Assembly (NCBI GenBank): GCA_963794325.1
Contig: CAWCDG010000003.1
Location: 160,001 to 224,000 of the forward strand
Source of the DNA: an uncultured delta proteobacterium
Lineage (GTDB): Bacteria; Desulfobacterota; Binatia; Binatales; Binataceae
Reading direction: 5' to 3'
DNA length: 64,000 nucleotides
Part shown: positions 40,852-48,801 of the stretch, piece after piece
Layout of the letters: each line of letters begins with the position of its first letter
Numbering within the stretch: position 1 is the first letter of the stretch
The notes under the pieces: model-generated
The model's input: only the letters and a program-made list of their open reading frames with translations
Database searches by the model: none
What the model was told of the DNA's origin: nothing
Translations under genes and position numbers: made by a program

Positions 40852-41770
40852 TCAGGTGCGATTTTCGTACTGATCGAAGCCGTGCGTCTCGCGCAAAAGA
40901 TAGAGGGGACGGTGTTTGACCTCGGTGTAGACCCGGCCCAGATATTCGCCGATGACGCCCAGAGTGATGAGTTGAATGCCGGCCAGAAACAACACGACCA
41001 CCATCAACGAGGTGTAGCCGGGAACGTCGATTCCGCGCACCAGCTTGAGCAGCGCGAGAAAAATTGCGTAGGTAAAGGCGAGCAATGAGATGACGACTCA
41101 CGTAGCTGCAGATCTCCAGCGACAACGAAGAACAAGCGACCCAGAGTGCACAATTCCAATGCGGCAGTCCTCCACGGCTCGGCCGGCAGCGCGCCTTCGT
41201 CAAAGCGAATCGATCGCGAAGCCGAGCAGGCGAACAGTCCTTTCATGAATCGCAACGTTGGGGAGCCGTAGCAGCGCATGACCACGCCGGTCAGCAGACG
41301 GAAATCTCCCGCGTTGGGCGGAATCGGAACCTCGGACACGGCGTCAAACAGACGATAGAACACGCTGGCGGTGAGCCGCTTGACGAGTCCGTCGCCAGGC
41401 CGCGCATGCCGGGTTGCATACACCACATCGTAGCCAAGGCGCCACTGCGCCATCATCTCTTCGATCAGCTCGGGGGGATCCTGCAAGTCACAGTCAATCG
41501 GGATGATTGCCGCGCCGCAGCTATGCTCCATGCCTGCGCTGAGCGCCACTTCTTTGCCGAAGTTGCGAGAGAGGCTTAAGATTTTGATCCGAGGGTCCTG
41601 GACCCGCTGTTCGAGCAGGCGGGCTAGCGTCTCATCCGTGCTCCCATCATCGACGCAGATCACTTCGTAGCTGACCGCCAACCCTTCGAGCACCGCGAGC
41701 AGCCGCCGGAAGAACTCATCGAGGTTGGCGGCCTCGCTATGAATCGGGCCTACGATCGAGAGTTTGACCC
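40852..41770 (-). pseudogene. GT2 GtrB-like polyprenol-phosphate glycosyltransferase, heavily indel-disrupted at 41090-41300
   Basis: VDDGSTD, LSRNFGKE, DCDLQDPPE, GDFRL, RFMKGLF; C-terminal GEYLGRVYTEVKHRPLY. Confidence 0.8.
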
Positions 41771-42048
41771 CCGATTCTCCCAACTGCTTTGCGGATGTGG
41801 ATCTGTTGCGCCGCAAAGTCCTGATCGGTATTCACACTGTTATACAATGAGTCCCCGCTTAGCTCCTCGCTTTCAACGTGCCGATTGGCAGCACTTAGTA
41901 TGCCAGAATTGCCGCCACTAAAAAGCCATCTGAAATTTTACCGGCTTACTTCGAAGCTCGTCATGTCCGGGTTGTTGCATCGACGCAACAGACTCTCTAA
42001 GTCCGCCGCGCGCTTTCGCCTGCTCCACCTCGTCTGTAATCTGATCGC

Positions 42049-43191
42049 GTGAAAGCTCTGGTAATCGGCGGCGGTATAATCGGCAGTTCGGTCGCGTGGC
42101 GGCTCGCGTCTGAAGGCGTACAGGTCAGCGTTTTCGAGCGTGGCCGTCTCGGCCTCGAAGCCTCGTGGGCGGCGGCTGGATTAATCGGACCGCAAGCCGA
42201 GGCGCACGAGCCCGGCGCGTTTTTCGATCTTGCGCTTGCCGGCAAGCGCTCCTTCGACGCCATCGTCGATCGCCTCACCGCCGAGAGCGGCGTCGATCCC
42301 GAGTACGACGACCACGGCGTGCTCTACGTCGCCTTCGACGATGCGGCGCGCGCCGAGCTCCAGTCGCGCGCACGATGGCAGCGTGCGGCCGGTGGCAACG
42401 TCGAGGAGCTGTCCCCGCGCGAGGCCTTTAGACTCGCGCCGGTGCTCTCGGAAAAGATCATCTTCGCGCTGCACATGCCTAGCAACCGGCGCGTCGAGAA
42501 TCGCAAGCTCACCCTTGCCTATATCAACGCCGCCACCAACGCCGGCGCCGAGTTCCGCGAGGGCGCGCGCGTCAATTCGATCGCAATCGAAGGTGGGCGC
42601 GCGACTGGCCTGCGGCTGGCAGATGGATCGCTCGAGACCGGCGACGTCATCATCAACGCGGCCGGCGCATGGGCCGGCGACATTCGCGGACTCGAGGACG
42701 ATCGCCTTCACTTCTACCCGGTCCGCGGACAAATCCTATGCTTCGACGCGCGCCCCGGGCTGGTCGGCCCTTCGCTGTTTTCCGCATCCGGCATAGTGGT
42801 TCCGCGGCGCGACGGCCGCATCCTCGCCGGCTCGATTTTCGAGGAGGCCGGCTTCAACAAATCCGTCACACTCGACGGGATGGAACGGATACTGCGCGCG
42901 GTGCGCGCGATGGTCCCGTCGATTGCCTCGATTCCTTTCCGCGAGGCATGGGCAGGACTGCGCCCGGCGAGTGACGACTTGCTCCCAGTGCTGGGCCCGT
43001 CGCCGACGGTCGCCAACGTCCTCTACGCCGCCGGCCACTTCCGCAGCGGCATCCTGCTGTCCGCATTAACCGGAGAAGTGATCGCCGATCTGGTCAAGCA
43101 GCGCACGCCTTCGATCGATCTGACACCATTCTCACCGGCGCGCTTCCGCAACGGCACCGCACGACCGGTGAAACTCGCCGACATGATATGA
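42049..43191 (+). CDS. thiO: Glycine oxidase ThiO-like
   Basis: IGGGIIG, ASWAAAGL, PVRGQ, WAGLRP, GHFRSGILL. Confidence 0.85.
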   Translation: MKALVIGGGIIGSSVAWRLASEGVQVSVFERGRLGLEASWAAAGLIGPQAEAHEPGAFFDLALAGKRSFDAIVDRLTAESGVDPEYDDHGVLYVAFDDAARAELQSRARWQRAAGGNVEELSPREAFRLAPVLSEKIIFALHMPSNRRVENRKLTLAYINAATNAGAEFREGARVNSIAIEGGRATGLRLADGSLETGDVIINAAGAWAGDIRGLEDDRLHFYPVRGQILCFDARPGLVGPSLFSASGIVVPRRDGRILAGSIFEEAGFNKSVTLDGMERILRAVRAMVPSIASIPFREAWAGLRPASDDLLPVLGPSPTVANVLYAAGHFRSGILLSALTGEVIADLVKQRTPSIDLTPFSPARFRNGTARPVKLADMI

Positions 43192-43556
43192 GCCGCATCA
43201 TCGCACTCGGATTAATCCGCGATTTATTCTTTCGCGCGAAAATCGACGCAGTCGCCGCTGCGCTCGGTGCCGAGGTCGAATACGCGTCGTCGCTCGACGC
43301 TGTCGCCCCACGATGTGCCGCGACGCATCCCGCGATCATCTTCACCGATCTCTCCGACAGCGCATTTCCCGCCCTTGAAACTCTGACGCAAATCCGCGCC
43401 GCAGCACCGCACGTTCGGGTGATCGGATTCGCGTCGCACGTCGATCTGAAATCTCTCAAGGCGGCCCGCGAGTCCGGCTACGATTTGACACTCTCCCGCA
43501 GCGAATTCACCGCCCAACTCCCGATCATGCTGAAAGCATCCGCTTCTTCAATCTGA
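43188..43556 (+). CDS. Atypical single-domain receiver (CheY-like)
   Basis: DLFF...IFTDL...IGFASHVD; ATGA overlap with thiO. Confidence 0.6.
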   Translation: MSRIIALGLIRDLFFRAKIDAVAAALGAEVEYASSLDAVAPRCAATHPAIIFTDLSDSAFPALETLTQIRAAAPHVRVIGFASHVDLKSLKAARESGYDLTLSRSEFTAQLPIMLKASASSI

Positions 43557-43572
43557 CTGTTAGTTCCCGCGA

Positions 43573-44376
43573 CTACACGCGCCGTGCGACGAACCGTGCC
43601 TGAGCTATCTTGCCCGCGCGCGCCATCTCGTGGAGAAAGCGAAACCCATCGACCAGTGTCTCCAGGAGTTCCGCGCGGAACGCGAGGGTTCGCAACACGT
43701 CATAAGTGAGTTGCATCTCGATCATCTTGAGGTACAAGTCGAAATGCGAAGCGAACCGCCTAGTGTCTTCCGCGACGCGCACCTCGCAGCCGCTTGCCGT
43801 CAGCAGCTTGGCGTAGCCTGCAATATCCTCGACGTTCGCGATCGTCATCATCCCAAGGAAGCGCTGCGCCTCGGCGTCGTTCAGTCCCGCCGGCCCTTCA
43901 ACCCAGTCCGTGAACGCGATCACGCCTCCGGGGCGAACGATGCGTGCCGTCTCCGCAATCAACCTTGGCTTGTCAGCGACGTAGCACCACGCATCCTCGC
44001 TCCATACGAAATCCGCGCTGGCCGAGGGCAGGCCGCTCTGACAGGCGTCAGCGTGCACTAACCGGATCGTATCGTCCAGACCTTCTTCATGAGTCAGCCG
44101 CCGCCCGCGCTCGACCACGGCCTCGGTCGCATCGACGCCCACTATCGACGCGACGCCTCGGAAGCGAACCAGGAAACGCATTCCAGCGCCGTTGCAGCAG
44201 CAGAGATCGACCCCGCTCGATCCGGCCGCGATTCCCGCCCGTTCGGCCAGATCAATCGACGCTTTCATTCCTCCGATGTGAAGTTGCTGTCCAAACACCA
44301 GTTGCATGAAATCGCCCTGCGTACCGCTGTACACCGCGACGACATCCGCCAACCCGACACCTCTAATGGACTTCAC
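43573..44376 (-). CDS. Class I SAM methyltransferase, sarcosine/dimethylglycine N-methyltransferase-like, Cys-rich
   Basis: FGQQLHIGG, VDLCCCNGAG (motif I), WSEDAWCY, RIVRPGGVIAFTDW; GTGA overlap with arsM. Confidence 0.8.
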   Translation of the reverse strand: MKSIRGVGLADVVAVYSGTQGDFMQLVFGQQLHIGGMKASIDLAERAGIAAGSSGVDLCCCNGAGMRFLVRFRGVASIVGVDATEAVVERGRRLTHEEGLDDTIRLVHADACQSGLPSASADFVWSEDAWCYVADKPRLIAETARIVRPGGVIAFTDWVEGPAGLNDAEAQRFLGMMTIANVEDIAGYAKLLTASGCEVRVAEDTRRFASHFDLYLKMIEMQLTYDVLRTLAFRAELLETLVDGFRFLHEMARAGKIAQARFVARRV

Positions 44377-45176
44377 GGCTTGCGCGCTCGCACGAATGCG
44401 CTCATGAACTTGCCGTCCGCCATCTGGACGATTCTCTCCACGCTTTTGTTGTCCCCGAACAATGCCTTCGCGTCAGCCGCGGTGTAGATTCGCGTCGGCT
44501 CGACGTCGATCTGTTCGAATCCCGCCGCCCCGAGCTTCGCGCGATACTCGGATTCCTCCAGTGCGCCCGCGATACATCCGGCCCACAACTCGACGCTGCG
44601 GCGGACGTCCGCCGGCATCTCGCCGCGCACCACGATATCCGAAACTGCGAATCGCCCGCCCGGCTTGAGCACCCGGAAAGCCTCGCGCAGCACCCGGTCC
44701 TTGTCGGTCGATAGATTGACCACGCAGTTCGAGATAATCACATCGACGGAATTTTCCGGCAGCGGAATATACTCGATCTCGCCTTTCAGAAATTCGACAT
44801 TCTGGACGCCCGCTTTGCGCTGGTTGTCGCGTGCGAGTGCGAGCATCTCGTCGGTCATGTCCAGTCCGTAGGCCTTGCCGGTTGGTCCTACTCTCCGCGC
44901 CGAGAGGATCACGTCGATCCCGCCGCCCGATCCAAGATCGAGCACCGTCTCGCCCGGCTTCAGCTCGGCAAGTGCGGTCGGATTCCCGCATCCGAGCGAT
45001 GCTGCAAGCGCCGCGGCTGGGATCGACTCTTTCTCTCCGTCGGCGTAGAGATTCGACGTGATCGGGTTGATCGCAGGTGCCGCGGTACCGCAGCACGCGC
45101 CGCCCTGGTTTGCGACACGAGTCGCCGCTTGCGCGTACTCCTTCCTGACCGTCTCCCTTATCGATTCATTGCTCAT
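44373..45176 (-). CDS. arsM: Arsenite S-adenosylmethionine methyltransferase
   Basis: CCG, SLGCGNP, LDLGSGGGID, GLDMTDEM, IISNCVVNL, WAGCIAGAL; GGAGG RBS. Confidence 0.93.
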   Translation of the reverse strand: MSNESIRETVRKEYAQAATRVANQGGACCGTAAPAINPITSNLYADGEKESIPAAALAASLGCGNPTALAELKPGETVLDLGSGGGIDVILSARRVGPTGKAYGLDMTDEMLALARDNQRKAGVQNVEFLKGEIEYIPLPENSVDVIISNCVVNLSTDKDRVLREAFRVLKPGGRFAVSDIVVRGEMPADVRRSVELWAGCIAGALEESEYRAKLGAAGFEQIDVEPTRIYTAADAKALFGDNKSVERIVQMADGKFMSAFVRARKP

Positions 45177-45201
45177 GGTAACCTCCAATATTTCGATCCA
45201 G

Positions 45202-45771
45202 TTAGATTGATGCATTCCGCGCGATTGCATTCGAAGAAGGCGTCAGCGCGAGACGTCGATGCCATCGATTCAGAGCGTTGAGTATCAGCGGGACTCCGAT
45301 CGCGCTGGGTATTAGCCAGTACGCAACGTGCGGAAGATCCCTCCACAGCGGCAGGTTCTTACCGTTATCCACGTAAAACGCGGTGAACATCAGAATGTAC
45401 GACACGCCCATCCCGCTAACATGAAAGTCGACCCATCGATGCCACAACTGTCGCCGCGCGAGACGACCGACGTGAGCCGCCGCAAAGGAAAGTGCGCCGA
45501 GAATAAACAGGTAATAGTCCTGAGCCCATCGCATCGCGGCCAGCATCGACGCGGTCGCAAACAGCGCGCAGAGGCTCCAGTAGTACAAAGTCCCGGATCG
45601 CGGATGCCGCCCGCGGCGTTTTGTACTCAGCATGGCGACGACTCCGAGAACCACGCACTCCAGGCCGAGCAGGACGTGAATACTCAACACACCGATGAAG
45701 ACCGGAGAGTCCGACGGCAGCGGGAATCCACCGAATGTTTTCAAGGTGGCGTCCATTTCACTTCTTGCCAC
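45202..45771 (-). CDS. DUF2306-like membrane protein
   Basis: About 5 TM segments; KRRGRHPRSG.LYY, H..GM..SYI..FTAFYVDNG. Confidence 0.7.
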   Translation of the reverse strand: MARSEMDATLKTFGGFPLPSDSPVFIGVLSIHVLLGLECVVLGVVAMLSTKRRGRHPRSGTLYYWSLCALFATASMLAAMRWAQDYYLFILGALSFAAAHVGRLARRQLWHRWVDFHVSGMGVSYILMFTAFYVDNGKNLPLWRDLPHVAYWLIPSAIGVPLILNALNRWHRRLALTPSSNAIARNASI

Positions 45772-46087
45772 TGGCGGAGCGCCTGGGCGCCGCGCCGAGA
45801 GTCGTGTGAAGCTCGGCGCAGCAGTCTTCGGTCATGAACCGGATGAGTTTCGCAGTCTTGGCCCAATCGATTGCGTAATAGATAAATCGTCCCGAGCGAC
45901 GCGCCGTCAGCAGACCGCATCGCGTTAATGCATCGAGGTGATGTGATAACGTTGAACCCGGCATCCGGACGCGGCGCTTGATCTCGTCGACGCATTTCCC
46001 CTGCGGCCCGGCCCGGACCAGCAGCCGAAAGATCTCGAGGCGGTCCTTCTGCCCGAGCGCGTTAAATTGTTCGACGTAAGCTTTCAC
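45758..46087 (-). CDS. arsR: ArsR/SmtB repressor with C-terminal vicinal Cys pair
   Basis: ALGQKDRLEIFRLLV, STLSHHL, GRFIYY, MTEDCC. Confidence 0.9.
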   Translation of the reverse strand: MKAYVEQFNALGQKDRLEIFRLLVRAGPQGKCVDEIKRRVRMPGSTLSHHLDALTRCGLLTARRSGRFIYYAIDWAKTAKLIRFMTEDCCAELHTTLGAAPRRSASGKK

Positions 46088-46089
46088 TA

Positions 46090-46109
46090 CGACAATACTA
46101 GTATTGTCG
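46090..46109. promoter_or_regulatory. Candidate ArsR operator: perfect 20-bp palindrome
   Basis: CGACAATACTAGTATTGTCG, 2 bp upstream of the arsR GTG. Confidence 0.8.
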
Positions 46110-46431
46110 AAATGATTACAGCAAGAGCCTTCGGCACTGGTTCCAGTTAACGAGGAATCGCTATCTTAAGGGATAGAAAAACATATCGCTGACAAAATCG
46201 CGCGCCGCTGCCGGCAGCTGACTCTCCGAAGCATCGGGTGTCGCTTGCTTCAATCAGCCAGTCGTTCAAAATATAAGAGTTGCTCAGAGAGTGACGTCCG
46301 GTTCGCGCTTCCTGAAGGATCGAACCGGGCGGCGGAGGAGGCGTCCGCGCCGCTGGGCGCGTGGAGTCGTGGACGGCTTCGCCCCCGATTCTGCTGATGG
46401 AATCGCCCGGGAGGGCCATGGAGTCATTGGT

Positions 46432-47850
46432 GTGAAGGCTCAGACCGCTTTGGGATCAATTGCGTTGATGGTGTGTGCGCTGGTGACCATGGTGCCCTCG
46501 ACGGCGTTCGCAGGGCCAGCCAATAACAAACAAGGTCCGCCACCCAGCTTCCCGGTCAACCTCGACGGCTTCGGCGCGCCATTACCAGCCATTGCGAGAA
46601 GCACTTCAGATCTGGGAATTTTCGCCAACGCGCAGCTCAACTTCAAACACATAATCACCCTGCCGGAACTGGGACCGATCTTCGACGGCACCACCTGTGC
46701 TGCATGCCATTCGCAACCGACTACAGGCGGCGGCGGCTTATTTATCGACGAGGTGCGGGTGCGCAACAACCCGTCCGGCGAGCCGGTGCACATCTTTGCC
46801 GTCGATAACATGCTCCGCAACGGCCCGCAGACCCAAGCCGGCATACCAATCTTTCCAGCCGGGATTTCGGCGGAGCCAATCGGATGCCAAATCTCGTCTC
46901 CGGGATGCCAACTGTCGCCCTGCCAGCAGGAAGAGGCAACCAAGACTACGTTCAGTGGCGACCTGCCGACTTGCGATCCGTCCAGCGCCGACTTCGCAAG
47001 CGGCGGCAACTGTGTGAGCGGGCGGGCCGCGCTGCCGCTGTTCGGCGACGGCCTGGTCGAGGCGGTATCGGATCAGACGCTGAGCCAGTTGGCCGCCAGC
47101 GAGCCTTCGTCGGTTCGGGGCGTTATCAAGATGGTTACCGAGAATTTCCTGACCGTTCCACACGTCGGGCGTTTCGGGTGGAAAGACGATCACGGGTTGC
47201 TGCGCGGGTTTGCCGGCGATGCATCCCTGAACGAAATCGGTGTGACCAACCCCGACAACCAAACTGAGAACAGCACTTGCGCGCTTGGCGTGACGCAGTT
47301 CGGCGTCACGCTGGAGGACACCGGCGTCGAAGACACCCCCGGTCCCGACGGTCGCGCCGATATCGACCGGTTTACGGACTTCATCCGTGGGCTCCAGCCG
47401 CCGCCGACGCTTCCGCAGAATGCCTCCGCAAATAACGGCGAGAAACTGTTCAATCAAATTGGATGCGCTGGATGTCATACGCCGACGCTCACGACAGCCT
47501 CCAACCCGACGTCATTCATCCCGCCGTCAACTGGCGGCACACCGATGAGCAAGGGGTATATCCAGGCTCTGTCGCACCAAACCTTTCACCCTTATGCCGA
47601 CTTTCTGTTGCATGACATGGGTTCGCTCGGCGACGGAATAACTTCCGGAACGGCGGGGCCGACGATGATGCGCACGGCGCCGCTATGGGGTGTTCGCGCC
47701 AAGTCGGAGTTGTTGCACGACGGCCGCGCCACCAGCTTGCCGATGGCGATTTCACTGCATGACGGCCAGGGAAAAGCAGCGTCGGAAGCATTCCAGGCGC
47801 TCTCGACATCGCAGCAGCAGGACGTAATCAATTTTCTGAACACGCTCTAG
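46432..47850 (+). CDS. Secreted di-haem oxidoreductase (DHOR-family); start uncertain
   Basis: LGPIF, CAACH, GRFGWK, CAGCH, DFLLHDMG, RTAPLWG, LLHDGRA. Confidence 0.88.
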   Translation: MKAQTALGSIALMVCALVTMVPSTAFAGPANNKQGPPPSFPVNLDGFGAPLPAIARSTSDLGIFANAQLNFKHIITLPELGPIFDGTTCAACHSQPTTGGGGLFIDEVRVRNNPSGEPVHIFAVDNMLRNGPQTQAGIPIFPAGISAEPIGCQISSPGCQLSPCQQEEATKTTFSGDLPTCDPSSADFASGGNCVSGRAALPLFGDGLVEAVSDQTLSQLAASEPSSVRGVIKMVTENFLTVPHVGRFGWKDDHGLLRGFAGDASLNEIGVTNPDNQTENSTCALGVTQFGVTLEDTGVEDTPGPDGRADIDRFTDFIRGLQPPPTLPQNASANNGEKLFNQIGCAGCHTPTLTTASNPTSFIPPSTGGTPMSKGYIQALSHQTFHPYADFLLHDMGSLGDGITSGTAGPTMMRTAPLWGVRAKSELLHDGRATSLPMAISLHDGQGKAASEAFQALSTSQQQDVINFLNTL

Positions 47851-47933
47851 GCGTAGAAGGGACTGCCGGAGGTTGTAATTCACGCTGCCGCGATCGCGCC
47901 TCGATGATAAGCTGATCCTCGAGGTAACCTGGA

Positions 47934-48722
47934 TTGCGCAACGAGGTCGGGCCGCTGACAACCCTCGAGAAGGTCGGCCTGGCGTTCACGATGACGTGGG
48001 CGGCCGGCTTCGTCGATCTCGTCGGTTACGTCTCCCTTTACGGTCTCTATACCTCACACATGACCGGTAACACGGTTGGGATGGCGCGGCACGTGTCGGA
48101 ACTGGATTGGGTGGGAGTTGTGCGTCGCGGATGGCCGATCGTGACGTTCGTCTTCGGGCTGATGCTCGGCGCGTTCATCTACGAGGCGGAGAAGCGCCGC
48201 AGCATTCAAGTGCCCTTTCCACCCGCCATCGCGCTCGAAGCATTGTTGATCGCGGTCTTCATCGCATGCGGCAGCGGAGCCCATTTCAAAGCCGACATTC
48301 CGCCTCAACCGGCCGGCAGGTTCTTCGTGATGGTGGCGCTGCTGGCGGTTCCGATGGGCATTCAGAACGTGGTGATCAGAAAGGTCGGCGGAATAAACGT
48401 GTACACGACATTCGTCACCGGCACGCTCGTGAAATTCGCCGAGAACCTGTCCGAATATCTCTTTTGGTTCCGCGATCGAACTCACGGCCGTCTGCGCTCG
48501 CGCATCTTGAAGGTGCTAAGAGTCTCACCCCGGCAGGTTACCGCCCAGCGCGCCGCGTTGACGCTTGGCTTTTGGATAATCTACCTGATTGGAGCGGTAT
48601 GCGGCGGCCTTTCGATCCAGCAATGGCGCCTGCTGGCGATGCTGGCACCGTTCGCACTGCTAGTGCTGATCGCACTGTACGGAGCTTTCCGCCCGTTCCT
48701 TGCCCTGCACGAAGAATGGTGA
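47934..48722 (+). CDS. YoaK/DUF1275 membrane protein
   Basis: AGFVD, TSHMTGN, MGIQN, TTFVTG. Confidence 0.85.
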   Translation: MRNEVGPLTTLEKVGLAFTMTWAAGFVDLVGYVSLYGLYTSHMTGNTVGMARHVSELDWVGVVRRGWPIVTFVFGLMLGAFIYEAEKRRSIQVPFPPAIALEALLIAVFIACGSGAHFKADIPPQPAGRFFVMVALLAVPMGIQNVVIRKVGGINVYTTFVTGTLVKFAENLSEYLFWFRDRTHGRLRSRILKVLRVSPRQVTAQRAALTLGFWIIYLIGAVCGGLSIQQWRLLAMLAPFALLVLIALYGAFRPFLALHEEW

Positions 48723-48801
48723 CCGCTCCCGAGCCTCCTGCCAGTCCCCTGTCAGCATGTCTTTTTCGTGCGATCGCTCCCAAGTGTTATAGTCTCCCGT
48801 C

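Noticed and set aside
42049-43556. thiO and the receiver gene as part of the arsenic/betaine pathway
   Set aside because: They are on the opposite, convergent strand and the thiO motifs are ordinary; only proximity links them
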